DNA of 64,000 nucleotides from Betaproteobacteria bacterium. Its GTDB lineage: Bacteria > Pseudomonadota > Gammaproteobacteria > Burkholderiales > SG8-39. The stretch covers positions 11,543-75,542 of the forward strand of contig VBCM01000097.1 in the NCBI GenBank assembly GCA_005883675.1, written 5' to 3'. Below the pieces are notes generated by a model, which saw nothing but the letters and a program-made list of their open reading frames with translations, did no database searches and had not been told where the DNA came from. Position numbers and translations under genes: made by a program. Below, piece after piece: positions 12,876-23,635 of the stretch (its first letter is position 1; every line of letters begins with the position of its first letter).

Positions 12876-13987
12876 TGGAACTCGCGCGCCTGCCGCTACG
12901 CCGCATCGGCCTGCGTCTTGCCGAAGGCATCGACAGCACGCTGCTCGTGCTGATGCTCGCGCTCTCGATGCTCGGGCTGCTCGCCCTTTTCTCGGCAAGC
13001 TACGAGCAACCGGCGCGCGTCGTGAGCCAGGTCATGAACCTCGCCGTCGCGATCGGCGCCATGTGGCTCGTCGCCCAGGTGGCGCCGCAGACCATGATGC
13101 GCTTCGCGGTGCCGGCGTACGTCATCGGCCTCGCCTTCCTCATTGGGGTGGCGCTCTTTGGCGACGTGGTGAACGGCGCCCGGCGCTGGCTGCACGTCGG
13201 CGTCACGCGCTTTCAGCCCTCCGAGATGATGAAGCTCGCGCTGCCGCTGATGCTCGCCTGGTACTTCCACAAGCACGAGACGGCGTTGAAGCTGCGCAAC
13301 TTCGCAGTGGGCGCGCTGCTTCTCATCGTGCCGCTTGCCCTCATTGCGCGGCAGCCCGATCTCGGCACGGCCGCGCTCGTCGGCGCCGCCGGCTTCTACG
13401 TCATCTTCTTCGCGGGCTTGAGCTGGCGCGTGCTCGGAACCCTCACCGGCATCGGCCTCGCCGCGCTGCCGATCGTCTGGGGCTTTCTGCACGACTACCA
13501 GCGTAAGCGCGTGCTGACGCTTCTCGATCCGACAACCGACCCGCTCGGCGCTGGCTACCACATCATCCAGTCCACCATCGCCGTGGGCTCGGGCGGGCTT
13601 TGGGGCAAGGGCTGGCTCAACGGCACCCAGGCGCACCTCGAATTCATTCCCGAGCGGCACACCGACTTCATCTTCGCCGTGTTCTCGGAAGAGTTCGGGC
13701 TGATTGGCAACGTGGTGCTGCTCGTGCTCTACGCGCTGCTGGTTGGTCGGGGGCTCGTGATCGCCGCCAACGCCGCGACGGTGTTCGCGCGGCTTCTCGC
13801 CGGCACCATCTCGCTCATGTTCTTCACCTATGCGTTCGTCAACATGGGCATGGTGTCCGGCATCCTCCCGGTGGTGGGTGTGCCGCTGCCTTTCCTCTCC
13901 TATGGCGGCACGGCGCTGCTCACGCTCTTCATCGGCGCGGGCATCCTCATGAGCATCCACCACTACCGCAAGCTCGTTCAGACCTAG
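12875..13987 (+). CDS. rodA: SEDS peptidoglycan polymerase RodA
   Basis: 370 aa. TGATG overlap with mrdA. Motifs QPSEMMK and ERHTDFIFA. Confidence 0.95.
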   Translation: MELARLPLRRIGLRLAEGIDSTLLVLMLALSMLGLLALFSASYEQPARVVSQVMNLAVAIGAMWLVAQVAPQTMMRFAVPAYVIGLAFLIGVALFGDVVNGARRWLHVGVTRFQPSEMMKLALPLMLAWYFHKHETALKLRNFAVGALLLIVPLALIARQPDLGTAALVGAAGFYVIFFAGLSWRVLGTLTGIGLAALPIVWGFLHDYQRKRVLTLLDPTTDPLGAGYHIIQSTIAVGSGGLWGKGWLNGTQAHLEFIPERHTDFIFAVFSEEFGLIGNVVLLVLYALLVGRGLVIAANAATVFARLLAGTISLMFFTYAFVNMGMVSGILPVVGVPLPFLSYGGTALLTLFIGAGILMSIHHYRKLVQT

Positions 13988-14159
13988 CGTTTCCGCTACG
14001 CAGCAAATTTTGAAAGCGGCTCCCGCATCATGAAACGGGGGTCAGCTAAGCCCATGTAACGCCTTGTTTTTGTAACGGAGAAATAGGCCACATGGCGTGT
14101 TGCTGCGCGCCATGGGCGCCGCGCACACTTCTCGTACCGACACCTTCCTTGGAGCTCAC

Positions 14160-15469
<1,310 letters not shown>

Positions 15470-15473
<4 letters not shown>

Positions 15474-17215
15474 CGAGCGCGGCGCAAGTCGTCCCGCTGC
15501 ACGAGCGACGCTCGAGCCTGCCGCAGGACGTCGCGCGCTGCATTCTCGCGGGCTTCGACAAGCACTATCGCCTGTTCCGCGCGGCGGCGATCAAGGCGAA
15601 GGAGCTCTACGAGCTCGCCGACTGGGCCGAGATGCGCCGCCTCGCGCGCGGGCGCATCCAGATGTACGACCTGCGCGTCGAGGAAGCGGTGCGCGCCCTG
15701 CTCGACCGTTTCCCCGAAGCCGAGGTCGACGAGGCGCTGTGGCCGGCGATCAAGCTGGCGTACATCGGCCTGCTGCACGAGCACCGACAGCCCGAGTGTG
15801 CCGAGACCTTCTACAACTCGGTGGCGTGCGCGGTGTTGCACCGCCGCCACTATCACAATGAGTTCATCTTCTGGCGGCCGGCGGTAGCGACCGAACACCT
15901 CGAGGGCGACACGCCTTCTTACGCCTGCTGCTACCCGCTGGTCGGCGGCCTGCGCCAGACGCTGCTCGACATCGCTAACAGCTTCGCCCTGAAGAACCCG
16001 TGGGAGAACCCGCGGCGCGACCTGCGCAACGTCGTGCACGCGCTGCGCCAGCACTTTCCGCGGCCGGCGCGCGCGCACCCCGACCTGCAGGTACAGGTGC
16101 TGCGCTCGCTGTTTTTCCGCAACAAGGGCGCCTACGTCGTCGGGCGCATCATCAACGGCCACCACGAGGTGCCCTTCGCGGTGCCGATCCTGCAGAACGG
16201 GCGCGGCGAGCTCTACGCCGATACGCTGCTCATGGGCGAGGACCAGCTGCTCGTCCTTTTCTCGTTCGCGCGCGCCTATTTCTTCGTCGACATGGAAGCG
16301 CCCGCGGCGTTCATCTCATTCCTGCGCTGGCTGATGCCCAAGAAGCCGCGCGCCGAGTTGTACATGGCGGTGGGACTGGCGAAGCAGGGCAAGACGCTCT
16401 TCTACCGCGACCTGCACTACCATCTCAAGCATTCCACCGATCGCTTCGCCGCCGCGCCGGGCATCAAGGGCATGGTGATGCTGGTCTTCACGCTGCCCTC
16501 CTTCCCGTACGTCTTCAAGTTGATCCGCGACCGCTTCGCGCCGCCGAAGGAGATCGACCGCGAAACAGTGATGGAGAAGTACCTGATGGTGAAGCTGCAC
16601 GACCGCGTCGGGCGCATGGCCGACACGCTTGAGTATTCGCGCGTGGCGCTGCCGCTCTCCCGTTTCGAACCCGAGCTGCTCGAGGAGCTGAAGGCCGAGT
16701 GCGCCTCGCTCATCGAGTTCGACGGCGAGGAGATCGTGATCGGGCACGTCTATATCGAGCGGCGCATGGAGCCGCTCAACCTGTACGTCGATGACTGCAA
16801 GCGCGCCGGGGATGAGGAGTCGCTGCGTAGCGCGCTGCGCGAGTATGGCCAGGCGATCAAGGAGCTCGCCGGCGCCGGCATCTTCCCCGGCGACATGCTG
16901 CTCAAGAACTTCGGCGTCACGCGGCACGACCGGGTGGTGTTCTACGACTACGACGAGATCCAGCCGATCACGGACGTGCACTTCCTGCGCATCCCAGCGG
17001 CGCGCAGCTACGAGGAGGAGCTCTCAGCCGAGCCCTACTGGCGCGTGGGCGAGCACGACGTCTTCCCGGAGCAATTCGACCACTTCCTCGTCTCGGAGCC
17101 GCGCGCCCGGGAGCTCTTCTACGAGTACCACCGCGATCTCCTCGACCCCGCGTTCTGGCGCGCCAAGCAGGACATCGTGCGCTCGGGCGAGCAGGAAGGA
17201 CGATGCGGTAGATGA
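15470..17215 (+). CDS. aceK: isocitrate dehydrogenase kinase/phosphatase, 3' end aberrant (last ~20 conserved residues replaced by GRCGR)
   Basis: GTG 15470 overlaps the aceA stop (GTGA). Collinear with AceK up to ...[15 protein letters not shown] at about 17197. Confidence 0.9.
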
Positions 17216-17480
17216 TCCACGCCGCGTTCGCCACGAGCACGAGATAGCCCACCAGCACGAGGAGCAGCACCCCGCCGATCACGCCCCAGAGCAGTCCCCA
17301 CCAGAAGGTGCGGATCTGCCAGCTGAAGTGCGATTCGAGCCATGAGCCGCGAGCGTCGTCGCGTTTCACGTAATCGACGATCACGGCGACGAGCCAAGTG
17401 ATGCCGAACAGGAATCCCGCCGCCTGCAAGGCATAGACCGCCGTCGCGATGTTCCTCAGGCTGCGTTCTTGGTCTTCCAT
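17199..17480 (-). pseudogene. DUF4870-like small membrane protein, 3'-truncated (ORF then reads antisense through aceK to 16968)
   Basis: MEDQ...LESHFSWQIRTFWWGLLWGV...AAWIIYRIV. Family similarity stops at 17199. Confidence 0.6.
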
Positions 17481-17704
17481 TGCGCACCTTCGATGACGAC
17501 GCGCTTGCGGCGAGATTTGTGGCCGGCGGCGATGCGCACGTTGCGCTTCGGGACGTTGAAATAGCCGGCGAGGAACTCGACCAGCGCCGCATTCGCCTTG
17601 CCCTCCACCGGCGGCGCAGCGAGTCGCAGCTTCAAGCGCCCGCCGTGCTCGCCCGCGAACTCCGAGCGCTCCGCCCCGGGCTGCACATGCAGCTCGAGAA
17701 TCAC
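17456..17704 (-). CDS. yggU: DUF167 (YggU) family protein
   Basis: 82 aa with VQPGA...APPVEGKAN...FLA pattern. Confidence 0.8.
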   Translation of the reverse strand: MILELHVQPGAERSEFAGEHGGRLKLRLAAPPVEGKANAALVEFLAGYFNVPKRNVRIAAGHKSRRKRVVIEGAQWKTKNAA

Positions 17705-18252
17705 AGGCCGGCCGCCGCGATGCGCAGGTGCGCGATCGGGATGAGCAGTATGTAGAGCACGAGGAGCAGCACGAGCGGCGACAGATCCACCCGGCCCACC
17801 GGCGGCACGTAGCGCCTAAACGGCCGCAGGAACGGGCGCGTCACCATGTCGAAAAGCGGCCCGAGCGGCGCATCGGGGTTGATCCACGAGATGGCGACCT
17901 GCACGAACACCGCGAACACCAGGATGTACAGGCTGTAGCGCAGGAGGTCCACGGCAGCGACTGCCGCAACCGCCAGCGCGCCCGGCTCGGCGCCGACGAT
18001 CGCCGCCTGCGCCCAGAGGCCGAGCGCCTGGAACGCCCACGCGAGGATGAGCGTCGCCAGGTCGAGGCCGGCTAGGCCCGGTATCACCCGCCTCGCCGGC
18101 ATCACGACCCAGTTGGTCACGGCGAGCAAGAACTCGCCCATCGGATTGCGAAATGGCACGCGCAGCCACTGGAAGTGAAAGCGTGCGAGCAGCAGGAAGA
18201 CGAGGAACGCGACCACCGTGTCGATGAGCAGCGTGGCGATTTGCACGAACAT
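17701..18252 (-). CDS. yggT: YggT family membrane protein
   Basis: 183-aa polytopic protein. Sits in the conserved yggS-proC-yggT-yggU order. Confidence 0.85.
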   Translation of the reverse strand: MFVQIATLLIDTVVAFLVFLLLARFHFQWLRVPFRNPMGEFLLAVTNWVVMPARRVIPGLAGLDLATLILAWAFQALGLWAQAAIVGAEPGALAVAAVAAVDLLRYSLYILVFAVFVQVAISWINPDAPLGPLFDMVTRPFLRPFRRYVPPVGRVDLSPLVLLLVLYILLIPIAHLRIAAAGL

Positions 18253-18253
18253 C

Positions 18254-18981
18254 TCAGTCCCTCGCCAGCTCGTCGCCGAGCTCGCCGCCGCGTTTGGTGG
18301 CTGCCGCCAGCGCGCGGGCGAAGCGTTCGGCGAGCTTCTCCTCGCCGAAGACGCGCAGCGCCGCCTCGGTAGTTCCGCCCTTCGACGTCACACGCGCGCG
18401 GAGCTCCGCCGGCGGCTCGCCGCTTTGGGCGGCGAGCTTCGCGGAGCCGAGCACGGTGTGCGTCGCGAGCCTGAGCGCCTCGGCTTTGCCGATGCCCGCG
18501 CGCTCGGCAAAACCCGCGAGCTGCTCGATGAGCCAGAACACGTAGGCGGGCCCGCTGCCCGAGACCGCAGTGACGGTGTCGAGCAGGCGCTCGTCGGAGA
18601 GCCACACTACCTCCCGACGAGCGCGGGCGTATTGGGCATGCAGCGCACGAGGCTCCGATGACCGCCCAGCCAGCGCGAGAGCGCGGCAAGGGGCAAGCCG
18701 GCGGCGATGCTGATCACCAGCTTGCCGTGTACCGACGCGGCGAGCGAAGCGAGCGCTGCGCGCGCATCCTGCGGCTTGACCGCGAGCACGAACGTATCGG
18801 CCTTGCCGCTGGCAGCGTCCGGCGCCGTGCTGACGCGCACGCCGTGCGCAGCAGCGATGCGGCTGCGCGCTGCCGGGCTGATCTCGATCACCGCGATATC
18901 GCCGGGCGGAAAACCGCGCGCAATGAGGCCGCCGATCAGCGCGTTCGCCATGTTGCCGCCGCCGAGGAAGGCGATGCTCAC
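18254..18981 (-). pseudogene. proC: pyrroline-5-carboxylate reductase, internal loss plus frame change near 18612
   Basis: N-terminal half is in ORF 18607..18981 (IAFLGGGNMA...CMPNTPALVG). C-terminal half is in ORF 18254..19012 (EVVWLSDE...AVSGSGPAYVF...KGGTTE). The 728-nt span is not a multiple of 3. Confidence 0.85.
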
Positions 18982-19658
18982 GCCGCGCGCTCTTCCCGGC
19001 GGCGCGCACCAAAGATGGCCGTGCCTATGCGCACCATCGTGGCGCCTTCGGCAATCGCCAGCTCGAGATCGTCGGACATGCCTATCGACAGCGTATCGAC
19101 GTCGAACTCGCGGGCGAGCTCCTGGAACACCGCGCGCACTTCGCCATAGCGGCTGCGCTGCGCGCCAGGCTCAGGGATCGCCATCAGGCCGCGCAGGCGC
19201 AGCCGCGGCAGCGGCGCAATCGTGCGCGCCAGCGTTTTGACTTCGGCGGCTGCGACGCCGCTTTTGGTGCGCTCGCCGGAAACATTCACTTGGATCAGCA
19301 CGTTCAACGCCGGCAGCTCGCTCGGGCGCTGCTCGGAGAGGCGGCGTGCAATTTTTTCGCGGTCGATGGTCTGGATCCACTGGAAGCGCTCGGCCGCAAG
19401 GCGCGTCTTGTTGCTCTGGAGCGGACCGATCAGGTGCCACTCGAGCGCGGGAAGCGCATGCATCTTTTCCAGCGCTTCCTGGACGTAGTTCTCGCCGAAC
19501 GCATGCTGCCCTGCGGCGTGCGCCTCCATGATGCGCGATGCCGGATGCGTCTTGGAAACCGCCAACAAAGTCACTGCGCGCGCATCGCGACCGGCGGCCT
19601 GCGCCGCCCGACCGATGCGCGCTCTCACAACTTGCAGGTTCTCCGCAATTGTTGCCAT
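18978..19658 (-). CDS. yggS: YggS-family PLP homeostasis protein
   Basis: ATG 19658 inside ORF 18978..20789. AVSKT (PLP lysine) and SIGMSDDLELAIAEGATMVRIGTAIFG. Confidence 0.9.
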   Translation of the reverse strand: MATIAENLQVVRARIGRAAQAAGRDARAVTLLAVSKTHPASRIMEAHAAGQHAFGENYVQEALEKMHALPALEWHLIGPLQSNKTRLAAERFQWIQTIDREKIARRLSEQRPSELPALNVLIQVNVSGERTKSGVAAAEVKTLARTIAPLPRLRLRGLMAIPEPGAQRSRYGEVRAVFQELAREFDVDTLSIGMSDDLELAIAEGATMVRIGTAIFGARRREERAA

Positions 19659-19712
19659 AATGGCTTGAACCAGCGAAGAAAAAAACTTCGCACCGCGTCC
19701 GGGAGGATTGTA

Positions 19713-20756
19713 ATGGATCTCACTGAGCTGCTCGCCTTCGTGGTGAAGAACAAGGCCTCCGACCTCCATCTGTCCTCGGGGCTCCCGCCGATGATCCGCG
19801 TGCATGGCGACGTGCGCAGGATCAACGTGCCGCCGATGGAGCACAAGGACGTGCACGCGATGATCTACGACATCATGAACGACGGGCAGCGCAAGTTCTA
19901 CGAGGAAAACCTGGAGTGCGACTTCTCGTTCGCGGTGCCGAACCTGGCGCGCTTCCGGGTCAACGCCTTCGTGCAGCAGCGCGGCGCCGCCGCGGTGATG
20001 CGCACCATCCCCTCCAAGATCATGTCGCTCGAAGAGCTGAAGTGCCCGAAGATCTTCGCCGACATCTCCGACCAGCCGCGCGGCATCGTGCTGGTCACCG
20101 GGCCGACCGGCTCGGGCAAGAGCACCACGCTCGCGGCGATGGTCAACCACATCAACGAGAACGAGCACGGCCACATCCTCACCATCGAGGACCCGATCGA
20201 GTTCGTGCACGAGTCGAAGAAATGCCTGATCAACCAGCGCGAGGTGGGACCGCATACGCTGTCCTTCGCCAACGCGCTGAGGAGCGCGCTGCGTGAAGAC
20301 CCGGACGTGATCCTGGTGGGCGAGATGCGCGACCTGGAGACCATCCGCCTCGCGCTCTCCGGCGCGGAGACTGGGCACCTGGTGTTCGGCACGCTGCACA
20401 CCTCGTCGGCGGCCAAGACCATCGACCGCATCGTCGACGTGTTCCCGGCGGCCGAGAAGGAGATGGTTCGCGCGATGCTTTCGGAGTCGATTCGTGCGGT
20501 GATCTCGCAGACCCTGCTGAAAACCAAGGACGGCTCCGGACGGGTCGCGGCGCACGAGATCATGATCGGCACCCCCGCCATCCGAAATCTCATCCGCGAG
20601 AACAAGATCGCGCAGATGTACTCGGCGATCCAGACCGGGCGCCAGATCGGCATGCAGACCCTCGACCAGAACCTGCAGGAGCTCGTGCAGCGCAACGTCA
20701 TCGCCATGGCCGAGGCCCGCAGCAAGGCCGCCAACAAGGACAATTTCGCGGGGTAA
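19713..20756 (+). CDS. pilT: type IV pilus twitching-motility ATPase PilT
   Basis: ATG 19713 with GGAGG upstream. 347 aa. Walker A GPTGSGKST and family-typical C-terminal blocks. Confidence 0.95.
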   Translation: MDLTELLAFVVKNKASDLHLSSGLPPMIRVHGDVRRINVPPMEHKDVHAMIYDIMNDGQRKFYEENLECDFSFAVPNLARFRVNAFVQQRGAAAVMRTIPSKIMSLEELKCPKIFADISDQPRGIVLVTGPTGSGKSTTLAAMVNHINENEHGHILTIEDPIEFVHESKKCLINQREVGPHTLSFANALRSALREDPDVILVGEMRDLETIRLALSGAETGHLVFGTLHTSSAAKTIDRIVDVFPAAEKEMVRAMLSESIRAVISQTLLKTKDGSGRVAAHEIMIGTPAIRNLIRENKIAQMYSAIQTGRQIGMQTLDQNLQELVQRNVIAMAEARSKAANKDNFAG

Positions 20757-20760
20757 ACAC

Positions 20761-21897
20761 ATGGAACGCGAACAAGCCACCAAGTTCATCTACGACCTGC
20801 TGCGCGCGCTGATCGCCAAGCGGGGCTCGGACCTCTTCCTCACCGTGGGTTTCCCGCCGGCGATGAAGATTGACAGCAAGATGACGCCCGTGTCGCAGAC
20901 CGCGCTGACCGGCCAGCACACGGCGCTGCTCGTGCGCGCGATCATGAACGACAAGCAGGCGGCCGAATTCGAGGCGAGCAAGGAGTGCAACTTCGCCATC
21001 GCGCCGCAGGGCATCGGCCGGTTCCGCGTGAACTGCTTCGTGCAGCAGGGCCAGGTCGGCGCCGTGCTGCGCGTGATCACGACGACGATTCCCAACTTCG
21101 AGGACCTGCGGCTGCCGCCGGTGCTGAAAGACGTGGCGATGACCAAGCGCGGAATGGTGCTGTTCGTCGGCGGCACCGGCTCCGGCAAGTCGACCTCGCT
21201 CGCCGCGATGATCGGCTATCGCAACGAGAATTCGCACGGCCACATCGTCACGATCGAGGACCCGGTCGAGTACGTGCATCCGCACAGGAAGTGCATCATC
21301 ACGCAGCGCGAGGTCGGCGTCGACACCGAGTCCTGGCACGCGGCGCTCAAGAACACGCTGCGCCAGGCGCCCGACGTGATCCTGATCGGCGAGATCCGCG
21401 ACATGGAGGTGATGGAGCACGCCATCGCGTTCGCCGAGACCGGCCACCTGTGCCTCGGCACGCTGCACGCCAACAACTCCAACCAGGCGATGGACCGCAT
21501 CATCAACTTCTTTCCCGAGGCGCGACGCCAGCAGCTGCTCATGGACCTGTCGCTCAACCTCAAGGGTGTGATCTCACAGCGCCTGATCCCCAACCGCGAA
21601 GGCAAAGGCCGCGTGGCCGCGGTCGAGGTGATGCTCAACTCGCCGCTGATCTCGGACCTCATCTTCAAGGGCGAGATCCACGAGATCAAGGAGATCATGA
21701 AGAAGTCGCGCGAACTGGGCATGCAGACCTTCGACCAGGCGCTGTTCGACCTCTTCGAGGCCGGGCGCATCAGCTACGAAGACGCGCTGCGCTTCGCCGA
21801 CTCCACCAACGAGGTGCGCCTCAACATCAAGCTCAACAGCAAGATGGCGAAGGACAAGGACCTGAGCAAAGGCATCGAGCACCTCAACATCGTCTAG
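20761..21897 (+). CDS. pilU: PilT-family ATPase PilU
   Basis: 378 aa with Walker A GGTGSGKST, directly after pilT. Confidence 0.9.
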   Translation: MEREQATKFIYDLLRALIAKRGSDLFLTVGFPPAMKIDSKMTPVSQTALTGQHTALLVRAIMNDKQAAEFEASKECNFAIAPQGIGRFRVNCFVQQGQVGAVLRVITTTIPNFEDLRLPPVLKDVAMTKRGMVLFVGGTGSGKSTSLAAMIGYRNENSHGHIVTIEDPVEYVHPHRKCIITQREVGVDTESWHAALKNTLRQAPDVILIGEIRDMEVMEHAIAFAETGHLCLGTLHANNSNQAMDRIINFFPEARRQQLLMDLSLNLKGVISQRLIPNREGKGRVAAVEVMLNSPLISDLIFKGEIHEIKEIMKKSRELGMQTFDQALFDLFEAGRISYEDALRFADSTNEVRLNIKLNSKMAKDKDLSKGIEHLNIV

Positions 21898-21914
21898 AGC
21901 CGAGGCACTCCAGG

Positions 21915-21940
21915 AAGGCCGCGCGAGCGGCCTTTTTTGT
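21915..21940 (+). terminator. rho-independent terminator after pilU
   Basis: Stem AAGGCCGC / GCGGCCTT with loop GCGA, followed by TTTTTTGT. Confidence 0.6.
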
Positions 21941-21942
21941 TT

Positions 21943-22842
21943 CTATGCCGGCACCAGGAACTCGACCCCCGCGTCGCCGATGCGCGCCTCGACCAGGCCG
22001 GCCATCTTCTCGGGCTTCAGCTTGGCCTTCGGCCGCAGCTTGTCGTCGATGTGCAGCGCGAAGCCCGTCCACTCGATCTCTAGGCGCTTGCCGCGCCGCG
22101 TCGGCAGCAGCGCGAGGCGCTCGCGGTTCTCCTGCCATTCGTCCAGATAGCGAACCAGCCGCTCCCTTTCCTCTTCGCTGACCATCACGACGTCGAACTG
22201 GCCGTCCCCGGGCTCGCTGTCTGGAGCGAGGTGCAAATTCGGCCCGACGTAGCGCAGGTTGACCGCTTCGATGAGCACGTAGCGCCCCGAGACGTCCTTG
22301 CCATCGAGCGTGGCCGCCACCTCTACCGGCTCGCAGCGCGCTGCCTGGTCGCGCAGCCGGCGTAACCCGCTCTCGACCGCTGCCGCGCGCCCCTTCATCT
22401 TCTCGCTCTCGGGCTGGGCGAGCAGCATGGCGAAAAGGCCCGCGCCGACGCCTTCGACGAAATAGCGCTCGCCCCAGGGCCCGGCGGCGACGCCGACGTC
22501 GAGCCGCACGCGCCGCGGGTTCTCCCAGCTACGCACCAACTCCTCGAATGGCCGCTCGACCAGGCCGAGCGTGCGCGCGATGTTGTTTGCCGTACCGGTC
22601 GGCAGCACCGTCAGCGGGACGCCCCGTCCCACCATGCGCCGGGTGATGCGCGCCACGGTGCCATCGCCGCCGGCCACCACCACCAGGTCGGCCGGCTTCT
22701 TGAGCGCGCGCTTCCAATGACTGTCCTTCGCCGAACGGTAGCGTACCTTGTGGCCGCGCTCGGCGAGCAAGCCGCAAAGCCGCGCTGCTTCCCCGGCGCT
22801 CTGGCGGCCGGCCGTTGGATTGTGGATGAGCGTGATGCGCAC
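21943..22842 (-). CDS. diacylglycerol/lipid kinase family protein (YegS/BmrU-like)
   Basis: ORF 21943..22884. GTG 22842 (VRITLIHNPTAGR) is preferred because ATG 22884 would overlap the surE start. GGDGT motif present. Confidence 0.75.
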   Translation of the reverse strand: MRITLIHNPTAGRQSAGEAARLCGLLAERGHKVRYRSAKDSHWKRALKKPADLVVVAGGDGTVARITRRMVGRGVPLTVLPTGTANNIARTLGLVERPFEELVRSWENPRRVRLDVGVAAGPWGERYFVEGVGAGLFAMLLAQPESEKMKGRAAAVESGLRRLRDQAARCEPVEVAATLDGKDVSGRYVLIEAVNLRYVGPNLHLAPDSEPGDGQFDVVMVSEEERERLVRYLDEWQENRERLALLPTRRGKRLEIEWTGFALHIDDKLRPKAKLKPEKMAGLVEARIGDAGVEFLVPA

Positions 22843-22864
22843 GGTAATTGCTGCGTCAGGGCAA

Positions 22865-23617
22865 ATGCGCATCCTCATCACCAACGACGACGGCGTCTAT
22901 AGCCCGGGCATAGCCGCCTTGGCGCAGGTCGCCTCCGCCTTCGGCGAAGTGCGCGTCGTCGCCCCTGACGTGGAGATGTCATCCGCCAGCCATTCGATCA
23001 CCGCTTCGCGGCCGGTGAGCTACAAGCGCACGCCGCTTCTCGGCCTCGACGCCTATCGCGTGAACGGCACGCCGGGCGACTGCGTGATGCTTGGCACGAC
23101 GCTGTGGGAGAAGGTCGACGTGGTGCTTTCCGGCATCAACATCGGCACGAATCTCGGCAACGCGGTGTGGCACTCGGGCACCCTCGCGGGCGCGAAGCAG
23201 GCGGCGCTCCTCGGGCTGCGCGGCATCGCGCTCAGCGCACCGGCGACCGAAAAGGAGCAGCCCGCTTTCGAGCTCCTCAAGCCCTGGGTCGGCTCGGTGC
23301 TCGAGATGCTGCTCGCGATCCCCGACCTTTGCCTCGTGAACGTCAACTTCCCGGCCCGCGCGCCGCGCGGCACGCGCTGGACGCGGCAGTCGCTGCGCCA
23401 CTACGACGGCCGCATCGTGCCGGTGAAGGACCCCATGGGCCGCACCTATTACTGGTTCACCGTGGTGCCCGTGGAGGCGACCGAGGAAGGCACCGACCGC
23501 TGGGCGATCGAGCAGGGCTATGTCTCGATGATGCCGCTGTCACTCGATCTCACCGATCACCCGGCGCTCGCGCGCGTGCAGCAGCTCGACGCCTGGAAAC
23601 GGCTCAAGTTCGCCTAG
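22865..23617 (+). CDS. surE: 5'/3'-nucleotidase SurE
   Basis: ATG 22865 in ORF 22748..23617. MRILITNDDG and SGINIG motifs. Confidence 0.9.
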   Translation: MRILITNDDGVYSPGIAALAQVASAFGEVRVVAPDVEMSSASHSITASRPVSYKRTPLLGLDAYRVNGTPGDCVMLGTTLWEKVDVVLSGINIGTNLGNAVWHSGTLAGAKQAALLGLRGIALSAPATEKEQPAFELLKPWVGSVLEMLLAIPDLCLVNVNFPARAPRGTRWTRQSLRHYDGRIVPVKDPMGRTYYWFTVVPVEATEEGTDRWAIEQGYVSMMPLSLDLTDHPALARVQQLDAWKRLKFA

Positions 23618-23635
23618 CTCGCTGACTTATTTTCC

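Noticed and set aside
10767-12998. A 743-aa ORF antisense to mrdA. Similar long antisense ORFs include 55046..57544 (832 aa), 40193..41716, 32795..34612, 14046..15410, 8512..9621 and 47906..49375.
   Set aside because: These are shadow ORFs expected in GC-rich DNA. They are Arg/Ala/Gly/His-rich low-complexity translations with no recognisable family, and each lies opposite a full-length, motif-bearing conserved gene.
13988-14159. The rodA-aceA spacer, examined for a terminator, a promoter or a mini-ORF (ATG AAA CGG GGG TCA GCT AAG CCC ATG TAA).
   Set aside because: There is no clean hairpin with a T-tract and no convincing sigma-70 hexamer pair. The 9-codon ORF has no RBS or other support.
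19659-20789. The N-terminal extension of ORF 18978..20789 (603 aa) upstream of YggS.
   Set aside because: It is antisense to pilT and has no homology. YggS starts at ATG 19658 with the conserved N-terminus.
19713-21897. pilT-pilU as a marker of a novel secretion or pilus system.
   Set aside because: This is the standard chromosomal pair of type IV pilus retraction ATPases next to yggS/proC. No other pilus, secretin or effector genes are in the window.
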